Notes: a model not told the origin generated them from the sequence alone. A DNA stretch of 64,000 bases from Eledone cirrhosa (GCA_964016885.1 OZ024760.1:26970001-27034000); one strand, 5' to 3'. Positions 38,535 to 51,949 are shown, counted from the stretch's first letter. Numbers and translations are program-made.

Positions 38535-39855
38535 CACCCACAGATTACAAGGAAAATTCAAGGATCTCCACGGTGGAATTTACCGTGACGATGCGCTCCT
38601 ATTAGTTAAGCATATGAATAACCAGAATTTAGAAAGGATGCGTAAAAATATCAGAAAACTTTTTAAAGAACTAGGATTAAATATTACATTTGAATATAAC
38701 CTCAAAGAGGTCAATTTCCTTGATGTTACTTTCAATCTCAATACAGATACGATTAAACCGTTCCATAAACTAAATGAGAACCTTAAATATGTAAATACGA
38801 GTTCTAACCATCCACTCTCTATAATTAAATCCATCCCTAGAAATGTTTCTCTTAGAATCTCCCGCCTATCGTCTAACCAACAAACCTTCAAAGAACATGC
38901 CGAGTATTATGATGATGCACTTAGGAAAGCCGGTCACCTAGATAATATAGAGTATATAGTCAATGATCACCAAAACACCCAAAATAAATCACATAGGAGT
39001 AGAAATAGCACAGAATCACCACCATACATACACTACCGCAATAGACACAATAATAGTCGCACACCACCAAACAGAAGGCGATGTAAGGAGTATATCTGGT
39101 ACAACCCGCTCTATAACAAATCTATTAAAACCAATCTACCCTCAAAATTCTTTCGATTAGTTAGAAAACACTTTCCAACATCACATAAATATAATAAAAT
39201 CTTAAACCCTAACACTATTCGACTTTCATATTCAACCGCCCCTAATATTGAACAACATATAAAAATGCTTAACGCAAAACGGTTGTATAAACGCCTTCCA
39301 ACACATAACAATACACGTAAAACATTAGCTATAACATCACAAAACAACAAACAACATCCTGTCCTACATAAGCAACCTCATCAACCCATCCATGGCAATA
39401 CAACAACGCAAAATTGTAATTGCAACTGTATCCAACCAGGAATGTGTCCGTTGAACAATCAGTGTCTTGAACGCAACATCGTATACAAATGTACTATCGA
39501 ATCGGATAGACAGAAGTGGTACTATGTGGGATCTACAGCCACCTCCTTCAAATCACGCCTTTATAGACATCGTTATTCGATAAAACATGAAAACCAGCGT
39601 TATGTAACAACACTCGCAGACAAGGCTTGGCAGCTGCGTGAAAATAACCAACAATTTCACCTAAAATGGGATATAATAGCGGCTGCCCCCCCCCCATATC
39701 CCAATGGACAGGAATTTTGTAAATTATGTAATGTAGAATTATTTTGTATTATGAAATCCAAAAACATTTTATTAAATAACAGAATAGAGCGATCGTTATA
39801 CTGTAACCATCGCTTAAAATCTACATTTTCATATTATAAATACTACCAGGATTGA
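38535..39855 (+). CDS. Penelope-like RT (partial) plus GIY-YIG endonuclease, open to its stop
   Basis: IYRDD, VNFLDVT, SNHP, CNC...CPLNNQCL, IVYKC...YVGST...RLYRH; the N-terminus in the ORF track is microsatellite read-through. Confidence 0.85.
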
Positions 39856-40328
39856 ACGCCTGTCTCTATCCCCGTTTGATTGTCAAAATAGATATGAACA
39901 TTCTTTATTAGTCTTAATTTTATCAACTCTTCTATTATTTACCTTTTAATACAAACTGCTATAGATAAAATGAGATTTCTGATTTCTTGATTCAATTCCC
40001 TAATGCATATACCAGCTGGCTACTAGCATTGATGTTATTTAGTAGCAATCGAAATCTCCCCCTTCCCCAATTGACACTTTATAATTAATACTACTGCACC
40101 AAATGACCAGCCCTGTCCACTGTCCAGTTGGTCAAGTAGAGATTAAAATTGGCACTCCCAAAATTCTTATTTAGATTTACTCATGGTATTCTCATTAGAA
40201 ACCCATTATATACTTGTTTAGCAGTAAATTGAATTACCATCTGTCATATTCTATCCCCTCTGTTCCTTCCTCTTTTACTAATATAAATACTTCAATTTTT
40301 CTGATTTTATCCAATTTATCCAAAATCT

Positions 40329-40437
40329 CTGAAGAAGTGACAACTGATTATACATTTGCTTTCGAATACTTGCTAACATTATATGATTACGCAAGCAGCG
40401 ATACATAGGTATTCGGTCTGTTACAGAAACATATGTC
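40329..40437 (+). ncRNA. Hammerhead motif in the PLE 3' region, long stem II
   Basis: CTGAAGA-A-GTGACAACTGA...TCGGTCTGTTAC-A-GAA-ACATATGT-C; stem I degenerate. Confidence 0.6.
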
Positions 40438-40597
40438 AATACCTAATAAATTCCTTTTTTAACAAAAGCACTTTCATTTTATATTTATCCTTTCTACATT
40501 TCTCCGGAATATAATTTATACTCGTTGAGCAAACCTGCACGTACGCTGTTCATCTCTAACGTAACGATATATTATCACTACATTATTGATAACCTGA

Positions 40598-40640
<43 letters not shown>

Positions 40641-40642
<2 letters not shown>

Positions 40643-40750
40643 AATGAGTAGGACCCTGACGGCTGAGCTCAAGCCATTTCGACGGCTAATTCAGTCCAGA
40701 ATTAGCCGTCGAAACGGCTTGAGCTCAGCCGTCGGAGTCCTACTCGTTCC
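40641..40750. mobile_element. Palindromic MITE flanked by TA
   Basis: GGAATGAGTAGGACCCTGACGGCTGAGCTC...GAGCTCAGCCGTCGGAGTCCTACTCGTTCC; related halves near 52630 and 52925. Confidence 0.75.
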
Positions 40751-40921
40751 TATTGCCCACTCTACTACCCTAAGTATTGAGTACTTTGGTGCGTTATGGT
40801 CCACCTGGTTCCTTACCACATTTCCTTTGTTATATATATATATATATAAATCAACTTTTTAAATGGAAGTTGCATTATTATAAGGTATGTCAAAATTATT
40901 TATAAAACAGCTTATGTATTG

Positions 40922-40987
40922 TATTTTGTCTGAGGAAGGCATACCATATTTTTAATATGATATCCCAGAAATATATATAACGAAATA
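40922..40987 (+). ncRNA. Hammerhead motif
   Basis: TATTTTGT-CTGAGGA-A-GG..CATATT(ttt)AATATG..CC-A-GAA-ATATATAT-A-ACGAAATA; 8-bp stem I with one G-U pair. Confidence 0.65.
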
Positions 40988-41063
40988 AATATGGTTTTAT
41001 AAATATAGTTTCCATTTGTTTAATATCGTATATATATATATATTTATTAAAATAACAGATTAA

Positions 41064-41114
41064 AGTTTAAGCAAAGAATCGCTGCTTTCACCCTTAACAG
41101 GATCTTCTGAAACT
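41064..41114 (-). ncRNA. Hammerhead-like motif with CAGAAGA core (inverted copy)
   Basis: Reverse complement of 41327-41377 with one stem II change. Confidence 0.5.
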
Positions 41115-41326
41115 AACAAAGTCAATCTGTAAACGCAGAAGTGGATATTTCAAAAAACCTTGCAACCGGAGGAAGACAGGAAGACGATACTTTGGTTTGT
41201 GGAAACGTTCGCTATGCAAATAAGTATTGGTATAAACAAAACATATACTGAGCTCCCACATCAAGACGTAAAATATCCACGTATAGATCGTACTATCCGT
41301 TAGGGTATAACGTGGGGCTGTAATAC

Positions 41327-41377
41327 AGTTTCAGAAGATCCCGTTAAGGGTGAAAGCAGCGATTCTTTGCTTAAACT
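41327..41377 (+). ncRNA. Hammerhead-like motif with CAGAAGA core
   Basis: AGTTT-CAGAAGA-T-CCC(gttaa)GGG-T-GAA-AGCA(gcgattctt)TGCT-T-AAACT. Confidence 0.55.
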
Positions 41378-41894
41378 TTAATCTGATATTTTAATAAATA
41401 TTTGCTCTACGGTTCTTATATATTTGATATATATTTATCCTTATCGAGCCCTCTTTGGATTTTAGTCTTGAAATTTATTATTATTACTATATATATATAT
41501 ATATATATATACATCGTAGGATGTCACAGTTATGTGACAAACAAATATACTGAAACAAAAACCAAACCAGTGAGTGTGTTTTACTATATATTGTCTGGCA
41601 ATACAACACCATGACCACCCCTAAATATAGAACTAGAATTTTAATTATTAAATGTAATTTCTTGAAATATCATTTTTCTTTTATTCTTTCCAATTTTTTT
41701 TTTTTGCTCTATTTTTCTTTTGTTTTTTTTTTCAATTCTTTTATGAGGGGGGGGGGGCCTCAGAAATCTATTTTTGGAAAACAAAATTATTTTTATCTAT
41801 TTATTTATTTCATATTTTTTAGATTCCTTTTTATTTTATTTGTTAATTATTTCTTTCTGAAACAAAACTAACGAAGCTTGAAATTATATAATGA

Positions 41895-43135
41895 CAATAA
41901 TAATAATGGTGGTGGTGGTGGTTGTGGTAGTAGTAGTAGTAGTGATAGTGGTAGTAGAGGTGGTGGCGATTATGATGGTAGAAGGGGTGGTAGTGGTGGT
42001 GGTATTGGTGGTTGTGGTGGTGGTGGTAGTTTTGGTGGAAGTGGTGGTGGTAGTGACAGTGATGGTGGTGGTGGTGGTAGTGGCAGTGATGGTGGTGGTG
42101 GTGGTGGTGGTGGTGGTGGTGGTGGTGATAGTGGTTGTTGTGGTGGTGGTGGTGGTTTTGGTGGAAGTGGTGGTGGTAGTGACAGTGGTGGTGGTGGTGG
42201 TAGTGACAGTGATGCTGGTGGTGGTGGTAGTGGCAGTGATAGTGGTAGTGGCAGTGATGGTGGTGGTGGTCGTGTTGGTAGTGATAGTGGTTGTTGTGGT
42301 GTTGGTGTTGGTAGTGACAGTGATGGTGGTGGTGGTGGTGATGGTGGTGTGGTGGTGGTGTTGGTGGAAGTGGTGGTGGTAGTGACAGTGATGGTGGTGA
42401 TGGTGGTGGTGGTGGTGGTGGTGGTGGTGGAAATGGTGTTGGTGGTGGTGGAAATGGTGGTGGTAGTGGTAGTAATGAGTGAGCAAACACAAGGTATCAT
42501 GCTTAAAGAAGGTACCAAATGTTTTATTTATAAATAGGATACTGGCACCACCACTACCACCACTACCACCACCACCCCCACCACTACCACCAGCACCAAC
42601 ACCACCATCACTACCACCAGCACTACTACTACTACTAACAACACCACCACCACCACTACTACCACCAACAACACCACTGCAACTACTACCACCATTAACC
42701 AACACAAAACTACCACTAATACCATCACCACTACTACTACTACTACCACCACCACCACCACTATCATCACCACCAATATCACCACCACCACCACTATCAC
42801 CACCACCACTATCACCACCACCATCACTATCACCACCACCACCACTACCCCACCACCACCACCACTGACACCACCACTACCACCACCATCACTACCACCA
42901 CCACCACCACCCCACCAACACCACTATCACCACCACTACCACTATCACCACCATCACTATCGCCACCACCACCACTATCACCACCACCATTACCCCACCA
43001 CCACCACTATCACTATCACCACCACCACCACTACCCCACCACCACCACCACCGCTACCCCACCACTACCCCACCACCACCACCACCACTACCCCACCACC
43101 ACCATCACTACCCCACCACTACCCCACCACTACCA
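41895..43135. repeat. (GGT/AGT)n and (ACC/ACT)n arrays in inverted orientation around a ~70-bp unique core
   Basis: Strand switch at 42475-42545. Confidence 0.9.
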
Positions 43136-43204
43136 CAATCACTGAAATCAGCACCACAGACACCGTCACCATTAGATCACACCCGGTTTGTGACAGAACC
43201 TTAC

Positions 43205-43246
43205 CTGCTTGACCTGACCCAACTACTGAAACAGCAGCTCTGTTAC
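43205..43246 (-). CDS. Candidate 42-nt micro-exon (phase 1-1: NRAAVSVVGSGQA)
   Basis: CCCAG| acceptor and CAG|GTAAGG donor in a unique island. Confidence 0.25.
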
Positions 43247-43319
43247 CTGGGATATAGTATACTTTGATATGATTGTAGAGGAAATAGGATAAACCACACA
43301 CACACACACATACATACAT

Positions 43320-44212
43320 ACATATATATATACATGATGGCTGCCCCCTCGTTATCGAGTATGGCCATTGCACAAGAAGAAAAAAAAATAAATAAATAAA
43401 AATAAAAGAAAAAAATAAAAGAAAATAAAAGAAAATAAAATAAAATAAAATAAAATAAAATAAAATAAAATAATAATAGTAATAATAATAATAAATAAAT
43501 AAATAAAAAACATACATACATACATGATGGCTGCCCCCTCGTTATCGAGCATGGCCATTGCACGATATACCATTATTAATAATAATTAATTAATTCTATT
43601 GTGCAATGCCTGTGCATGAAGATAAATTTTCAAGTGAGGAAAGACTGTGCACTGAGCCAATCACACTCTCTGAGAGACAGTAGCTATAACCCGAAAAGAA
43701 GAAAAGATCAACATCATCAGTAACTACTGAACCGCAGGTTTTATATCGGAGTTATCCCAGTTTCCTGAGTTGCCTTCTCCTAGAAGAATGCCCTGATAAG
43801 GGCTAGGGGTCCTTCACTCTCAGTGGTTTAACCGCGTGGTACATGTGTATATACATATTTACAGACAGACTTTCGGATGGCCGATGACTCTTATGAGTTC
43901 TTTCGCCCTGACATACATACATACATATATACATACATACATATATACATACATACATACATACATACATGGTGGCTGCCAACTTGTTTTCGAGTACGGC
44001 CACTACTTTATATCCATGTAGGAGAACTTCTACCAATGCGCTGAACGAGTGTGACTTTTTAGTCCAGCCAGCGACTTGAAAACTCTGGTACAAACACTAC
44101 ACTTGTGACAACTATTGACACATAGTGCTGGGCCCATGGTACCATGTGATGACAAGTGCATACATACATACATGATGGCTGCCCCCTCGTTATCGAGTAT
44201 GGCCATTGCACG
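43320..44212 (-). mobile_element. Short RTE 3'-end fragments with (ATGT)n tails
   Basis: GTGCAATGGCCATACTCGATAACGAGGGGGCAGCCATC(ATGT)n three times; C2H2 remnant CTRVFKSLAGLKSH; 43969-44160 duplicated at 46940-47130. Confidence 0.65.
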
Positions 44213-44483
44213 AGAAAAAAAAAAATAAATAAATAAATAAAATAAATAAAAAAATAAAAATAAATTAAAAAAAAAAAAATATATATATATATATATACAC
44301 ACAGATACATACATACATATATACATATACATACATTAATAACAATAATAATAATAATAATATTAATAATAACAACAATAATAATAACGACAACAACAAC
44401 AATAATAATATACATATACATATATATATACACACAGACGCACACACATAAACATATCTATACACACACACACACGATAGCAA

Positions 44484-46895
44484 CTAACAGCGCTGCGATC
44501 GAATGTGGCTTTTTAGCCCAGCCAATGATCTAAAATGTCTTGCACAGAGTTGGCAACCAAAACATTCACTGGGAATAGTCGGCTGTGGTTGGAGTTCATG
44601 TACTTTTGCATGTCGTTTGAGCCCTCCTGCTGATTTACATTCTCTACCACATGCTTGGCAAGCATGATAAGTAGCATCTCCAACAGCAGCCTGGTAGTCA
44701 ACCACTGGTCTTACTTTATGACTGCGAAGATGACTTTCAAGTCCAGCTTTGCTTAGGCAGAGTCTCGCACAGACGCTGCATGTCAGCACCATAGGAGGAC
44801 CCTCGCCGTCTGGAAGTGCAACAGCAATGCCCTTCCTCACATCCTGCTTTACTTGCTCGTATGCGATTCGAGATGCCTCAAAGGCAACTTTTCCCTCATA
44901 TACAGTCTTTCTCCATTTATTACGATCAGCAGCAACATTTTCCCATGTATCAGATGTTTAGTGTCTTTCAAAGAGGCTTTCAAGGAATCCTTATACCTCT
45001 TTTTTGGTTTATGTGGCGGTCGTTTTCCTTTAACTAACTCTCCATAAACGAGTTGTTTTGGTATTCTAGAATCCTTCATCCTGGAAAGGTGACCACTCTA
45101 ACGGAGTCGTTGCTTAAGCACAAGAGCTTCTATCTGTCACACATAGGGCTTTCCAAAATCTCGACATCACTGATGTGGTCCCTCCAGTGAACGCCATGGA
45201 TCCGTCTGAGACACATCTGATGGAAACGCTCCAATTGCTTAAGGTGGTGTCGATATGTGACCCAGGTCTCGCAGGAATAAAGAAGACAAGAGAGCACACA
45301 TGCCTTGTACACCTTTACCTTTGTCCTCCTGCATATGTCTCGCTGACCTCAGAGTCGCCTTTCTAGCTTTCCGAAAGCATCACTTGCTTTCCTAATCCTA
45401 AGTGAGATTTCACTATCAAGGTTGCTGTATCGATTGACAGTGCTTCCCAGGTAGACAAACTGATCAACCACTCCAAGTCGTTTACCATACACATAGATAT
45501 TTGGTTCAGTGTACTGCTTACCAGGGGCAGGTTGGTACATGACGACGGTTTTCTTGAGACCGACAGTCAATCGTAGGGCAGTGCAAGCGTCAGAAAATGC
45601 ATTCAAAATGTGCTGCATATCATTCTCTGTGTGCGCTACAAGATCACAATCATCTGCATACAAGAGGTCTCTTATGATTGATGTAAATACTTTTGTCTTT
45701 GCTGCAAAGCACCTGATGTTAAATATGCTGCCTGAGGTTCGATATCGGATTTAAACACCATGCTCGCAATTCCTGAATGCAATACAGAAAACATTGCAAA
45801 GTATATGGCAAACAGGGTCGGTGCTGGAATATCCCCCTGTTTCACTCCATATTTTACTGAGATAGGCTCCGACATGTTACCTCCGACATTAACCCAAGCC
45901 TTCATGTCATCATGGAAAGACCTAACTAAAGCAAGGAACTTATCAGGGCAACCAAGTTTCTGGAGAACCTTCCATAATGCATCTCTGTTAACAGTATCGA
46001 AAGCTTTTGTCAGATCGACAAAAACCTGATACAGATCCAAGCCTTGTTCAATGCACTTCTCCTGGAGCTGTCTAGCTGAGAAGATCATATCAGTAGTGCC
46101 GCGTCCAGCACGAAAACCAGATTGACTTTCAGGAAGAACACAGTCTGCAATGTGTGTCAGCAGACGGTCCAGAAGCACCCTACATAAAACTTTCCCTACG
46201 ACAGAAAGCAATGATATACCTCTGTAGTTCCCACAATCATTCCTGTTACCCTTTCCCTTGTACAAGACCACCATTACTGCATCTCTCCAGTCCTCAGGTA
46301 TGGATTCATTAGCCCATATCCTGCCAAACAAAGAGTGAAGATGTTGCAGGAGTCTCTCACCACCATATTGTAGGAGCTCAGCATGTATGCCATCCATACC
46401 TGGAGACCTTCCACTGTTCAGCTTCGAGATAGCCACTGCAACCTCCACAAGCGTCGGAGGTTCTGCGAGAGTTACTTTCACAGGACTTTCTGGAATAAGA
46501 TTGAGGAAATCTTCACTGACGACAGACGGCTGATTCAAAAGATCATCAAAGTGCTCTCGCCACCTTCATAGAATTCCTTGTGAGTCACGAAGAAGTTCTT
46601 TGCCATCCTTGCTGCGAAGCGGTGTCACCAGAGAAGAAGACGGTCCATAAACCTCATGCAAGAGACTGTACAACAGCTTTGTGTTATTGGAATCTAACGC
46701 AGTTTGTATCTCACCAGCCTTCTCACTCCACCACTGATCCTTCATCTGAGAAAGACTCCGCCTAACACGTGATTTTACATCCTTGAGTTCCTCATGCAAC
46801 GTATTCCTCGCCTGTGGTTTTGCCGTCAAGTAGCGTGACAGAGCACGCCTCTTATCAGCCAACAAGTCTTCTTTATGTACATCATTCTCATTAAA
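44484..46895 (-). mobile_element. Decayed RTE-BovB-like LINE ORF with three C-terminal C2H2 fingers
   Basis: NYRGISLLSVVGK, PESQSGFRAGRGTTDMIF, FVDLTKAFDTV, GVKQG, YADD, FVYLGS; frameshifts and stops. Confidence 0.92.
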
Positions 46896-47538
46896 CATAC
46901 ATACATACATACATACATACATACATACATACATACATACATGGTGGCTGCCAACTTGTTTTCGAGTACGGCCACTACTTTATATCCATGTAGGAGAACC
47001 CCTACCGATGCGCTGAACAAGTGTGAATTTTTAGTCCAGCCAGCGACTTGAAATCTCTGGTACAAACACTATACTTATGACAATTATTGACACATAGTGC
47101 TGGGTCCATGGTACCATGTGATGACAAGTGCAGAGAGATCTCCAGATATAAAGCAATGTCTGTGCCGTGAAGCTTTTATAGTGAGCAAAGGCACTGCACA
47201 AAGCCAGTCCCACTCTCTTAACCAAGATGATATTTACCAAAAAGAAGAACAAGTCAACATCATTGGATACTATCAGGGTTGCAGGTGTTATATCAGAGTT
47301 TTCCTTCTCCTAGAATTCTGCCTTGACAAAGGCTAAGGGCTCATCTCTCATACATACATATATACATACATACACACATACATATGTATGTGTGTGTGTG
47401 TGTGTCTCTTTTTGTACTCCTGAAGAAGGACTAAAACCTGACACATCGAACTTGCTTTCTCCTTTTCCATATACAGTGTGAAACCACTATGTTTGTCAAT
47501 AGTATGAAAATACACTCTTGACAGGTGCAATGTGTCTG

Positions 47539-48237
47539 AACACAGAGGAGCCAAACTCCCACTGTCATCGCCTCCATCTCTCTCGCCCTCTCCATCTCTT
47601 TCACGTACACCAGGTCCAAACACAGAAGAGCCAAACTCCCACTGTCATCGCCTCCATCTCTCTCGCCCTCCCCACCTCTCTCATGTACACCAGGTCCGAA
47701 CACAGAAGAGCCAAACTCCCACTGTCATCACCTCCATCTCTCTCACCCTCCCCATCTCTCTCATGTACACCAGGTCCAAACACAGAAGAGCCAAACTCCC
47801 ACTGTCATCGCCTCCATCTCTCTCGCCCTCCCCATCTCTCTCATGTACACCAGGTCCCAACACAGAAGAGCCAAACTCCCACTGTCATCACCTCCATCTC
47901 TCTCACCCTCCCCATCTCTCTCATGTACACCAGGTCCAAACACAGAAGAGCCGAACTCCCACTGTCATCGCCTCCATCTCTCTCGTCCTCCCCATCTCTC
48001 ATGTACACCATGTCGAAACACAGAAGAGTCAAACTCCCACTGTCATCGCCTCCATCTCTCTCGCCCTCCCCATCTCTCTCATGTACACCAGGTCCCAACA
48101 CAGAAGAGCCGAACTCCCACTGTCATCGCCTCCATCTCTCTCGCCCTCCCCATCTCTCATGTACACCATGTCGAAACACAGAAGAGTCAAACTCCCACTG
48201 TCATCACCTCCATCTCTCTCGCCCTCCCCATCTCTCT
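47539..48237. repeat. 80-bp minisatellite, about 9 copies
   Basis: AACACAGAAGAGCCAAACTCCCACTGTCATCGCCTCCATCTCTCTC...; 80-bp ORF offsets. Confidence 0.95.
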
Positions 48238-48702
48238 GTATAGTGAGCAAATGGGTTCCTACATGCTGGCCGCCCCACCGCCCCGGCAGACAGAGTGGAG
48301 AAGGCTTTTCCCCGGAGGAGACTTTTTCTACCTCTGTTTGTTGTTTCCTTGAACCATATCATCATCATCATCATTTAACGTCTATCTTCCATGCTAGCAT
48401 GGGTTGGACGGGTTTGTCCCACTTGAGGCAAGATTGGTCATGTGCCTCTGTCTCACTCGTACACAACTGTTTCTGATAGGTTTTCTATGGCTTGATGCCC
48501 TTCCTAACACCAACCACATTATATATATATATTGAGTACATAAAAATACTTGGTTTGGTGATTGAGCACGTGGTTACCCCCACCAGCAGTGAGAGGACCC
48601 AGGTCCTTGTGGGGCTTCATTCTAGGGGAAGTAAAACTCTGATGTAAAACTTGCAACTCGATGGCAGTCAATAATGTTGGCCTGTTCTTAATTTTGTATA
48701 CT

Positions 48703-49290
48703 TGTCACCCCTGTTCAGAGAGTGGGATGGCTCCATTGAATGGCCTTAGCTGTCACCCCTGTTCAGAGAGTGGGATGGCTCCATTGAATGGCCTTAGCTG
48801 TCACCCCTGTTCAGACAGTGGGATGGCTCCACTGAATGGCCTTACCTGTCACCCCTGTTCAGACAGTGGGATGGCTCCACTGAATGGCCTTACCTGTCAC
48901 CCCTGTTTAGAGAGTGGGATGGCTCCACTGAATGGCCTTACCTGTCACCCCTGTTTAGAGAGTGGGATGGCTCCACTGAATGGCCTTACCTGTCACCCCT
49001 GTTTAGAGAGTGGGATGGCTCCACTGAATGGCCTTACCTGTCACCCCTGTTCAGAGACTGGGATGGGTCAACTGAATGACCTTACCTGTCACCCCTGCTC
49101 AGAGAGTGGCATAGGTCCATTGAATGGCCTTTCCTGTCACCTTTGTTCACAGAATGGGATGGCACCACTGAATGGCCTTATCTGTCACCCCTGTTCAGAG
49201 AGTGGGATGGGTCTACTGAATGACCTTTCCTCTCACCTTTGTTCAGAGTGTGGGATGGCTCCATTGAATGGCCTTTCCTGTCACCTTTCA
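48703..49290. repeat. 48-bp minisatellite, about 12 copies
   Basis: TGTCACCCCTGTTCAGAGAGTGGGATGGCTCCACTGAATGGCCTTACC. Confidence 0.95.
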
Positions 49291-49361
49291 AAGGTGCATG
49301 TATTGTGTACAGTGCTCAGGTGCACTACAAATCATCAAAGGTGCATGTTTAGTACAGAGAA

Positions 49362-49538
49362 TAATTGTTTCTACTTTAGGCACAAGGCCAGCAAATTACC
49401 CAGTACATTACTGGTACTTTATTTTATCGACCCCGTAAGGATGAAAGGCAAAGTTAACCTCGGCGGGATTTGAACTCAGACTGTAAAGGGACGTAACTAT
49501 GCTAGAAAGCATGGCGTCCAACCCTCTACCGATACTGA
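49362..49538 (-). mobile_element. tRNA-derived SINE
   Basis: Same family as 5489-6087. Confidence 0.85.
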
Positions 49539-50505
49539 ATGTACAAATGTCAGGAAAGTGAACAGTGTACGAGTCATGATATACACATGCCTGCGAGTGT
49601 ATGGAGTGGGAATATTAGGTGTAGTGTTGGCAAATTTCAGGAAGCATGAGGTTTTAAAGGATGCAGTGTCTCAACAGCTAACAACTGATGCAGGTAGTTT
49701 GTTCCATGGAGGTTTTAAACGATGGTCGCCAGAGAAACGATTGTAATATGTCTAATAAATCTTATTCGTCGCAACACTGATTCTCCGTTTCTTGTGATAT
49801 TATACTCTGCTCTGTAAGCGGATCGAGTGTTTAAACGGCCTACTGCTTACGGACGCTTTAAGCATCCCACACCAATTATATATCATCATCATCATCATCA
49901 TCATCGTTTAACGTCCATCTTCCACGCTAGCATGGGTCTGGACGGGAATTGTCCCACTTGAGGCAAGATTGGTTGTCTTGCTCAGGACTGTCTGGAGGGT
50001 TTTCTATGGCTGCAGGACTGTCTGGAGGGTTTTCTATGCCCTTCCTAACACCAACCACGTTTACAGTGTGGACTGGGAGGTTTTTACCGTGTTACCTACA
50101 CGGCCACATTACAGTGTGGACTGTGTGTTTTTTTTGTCGTGACACCTACACGACCTCATTTATTTAGGACTGGATGTTGTGGTATCAACATAGCTTTACA
50201 TCGAAAGGGGCGGTGTAGATGGTGTGGGGGTAGGGGTAGTGGGACGGGGGTGTATTTTGGTTAAGAGGGGCCTACTGACTGTAGGTTTCGCTTTGTACTT
50301 AGGCAAGGCGGGTCTTCTGTATTACTGTGTAGCGCCAAAGATCTCGGTCCAGTGACGTTGTCTTGGAAAGCACCCAGCACTCACTGTAAATGAGGTTGGT
50401 GTTAGGAAGGGCATCCAGCTGTAGAAATCAAGCCAGAATCAGTTCCCGTCCCACCCTTGCAAGCAGGGAAAAGCGGACGTAAAATGAAATGAAAATGAAT
50501 AGAAA

Positions 50506-50556
50506 AGCTTCTACAGGACTAGAACTGTTTCATTCATGAGAAATCATCAGGAAGCT
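50506..50556 (-). ncRNA. Complete type I hammerhead ribozyme (GUA cleavage)
   Basis: AGCTTC-CTGATGA-T-TTC(tcat)GAA-T-GAA-ACAG(ttctagtc)CTGT-A-GAAGCT; inverted partner at 50585-50629 (+); degenerate copy near 60205-60248. Confidence 0.75.
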
Positions 50557-50709
50557 GTTTCATTCGTGAGAAATCATCAGGAAGCTGATGATTTCTCATG
50601 AATGAAACAGTTCTAGTCCTGTAGAAGCTTTTCTATATTAAAACATTTATACTCTGCTATGTATTGAGTACCTTACTTACTGTGGTTACCCCCATTGAAC
50701 CCAGAATAA

Positions 50710-50751
<42 letters not shown>

Positions 50752-50894
50752 TATCTACACAAACACTTGTTTCTTTCTTCTTTTGTGTCTTGTCCTGTAT
50801 TTATTTTAATCCTTCTTTGACCAAAAGCTACCTTCTTCACTGGACAACAATTGGTGACAGTTTGAAAGGAAGGAGAGAGAGAAATGTGAATGGA

Positions 50895-51310
50895 CTGAAG
50901 AGAGAGGGGGGATAGAAGGAAGTAAAGAGAGAAAAGGAGGGAGGGGTGATAGAAGGAAGTAAAGAGAGAAAAGGAGGGAGGGGGGATGGAAGGAAGTTAA
51001 GAGAGAAAAGGAGGGAGGGGGGGTAGAAGGAAGTTAAGAGAGAAAAGGAGGGAGGGGGTATGGAAGGAAGTTAAGAGAGAAAAGGAGTGAGGGAGGAGAG
51101 GGATAGAAAGGAGTAATAGAAAGAAAGAGAGAAACAAGGAAAGAAAGAAATATGAATGAACTAAAGAAAGAGAGATAGAAGGGGTGGGAGAGAGGGATAG
51201 AGACAGAGAGAGAGTTAAAGAGTGAGAGAGAGAGAGAAAGAGAAAGATAGAGAGAAGGAAAGAGAGAAAAGAGGGAAAGAGAGAGAGAGAAAGAGATAGA
51301 GAGAGAGAAA
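50895..51310. repeat. Polypurine ~38-bp tandem plus (GA)n
   Basis: GAAGGAAGTTAAGAGAGAAAAGGAGGGAGGGGG repeats. Confidence 0.85.
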
Positions 51311-51409
51311 GAAGTTGTGATGGTGGTGGTAGTAGAGGTGGTAGTTGAAGTGGTGGTATCAGTAGTAATAGAGATGGTGGTGACAGTAGTAGTAGTAGTA
51401 GTAGTGGTA

Positions 51410-51910
51410 GTAATTTCACAGGTGAGGGTAACAGTATAGGTAGTAGTAGTAGTAGTAGTGGTGGTAGTAGTAGTAATATCACAGGTGAGGGTAACAGTAT
51501 AGGTAGTAGTAGTGGTAATATCACAGGTGAGGGTAACAGTATATGTGGTGGTAGTAGTAGTAGTATCACAGGTGATGGTAACAGTATAGGTGGCAGTAGT
51601 AGTGGTGGTGGTGGTATTACAGGTGATGGTAACAGTATAGGTGGCAGTAGTAGTGGTGGTGGTGGTATTACAGGTGATGGTAACAGTATAGGTGGCAGTA
51701 GTAGTGGTGGTGGTGGTGGTGGTATTACAGGTGATGGTAACAGTATAGGTGGCAGTAGTAGTGGTGGTGGTGGTGGTGGTATTACAGGTGATGGTAACAG
51801 TATAGGTGGCAGTAGTAGTGGTGGTGGTGGTGGTATTACAGGTGATGGTAACAGTATAGGTGGCAGTAGTAGTGGTGGTGGTGGTATTACAGGTGATGGT
51901 AACAGTATAG

Positions 51911-51949
<39 letters not shown>

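Larger units (their letters stand above)
38535..40575 (+). mobile_element. 5'-truncated Penelope-like element
   Basis: RT C-terminal half plus GIY-YIG ORF, followed by a 3' region with a hammerhead motif. Confidence 0.88.

Noticed and set aside
41843-42868. Gly-, His- or Pro-rich proteins
   Set aside because: (GGT)n/(ACC)n low-complexity artefacts
47417-47452. Additional hammerhead (CTGAAGAAGG...CCTGACAC)
   Set aside because: GAAA is mutated to GACA and stem I is mismatched; at best a dead relic
48661-49473. CxxC-repeat protein (CHPC)
   Set aside because: 48-bp tandem whose ORF runs into a SINE; no splice evidence, though coding use is not strictly excluded
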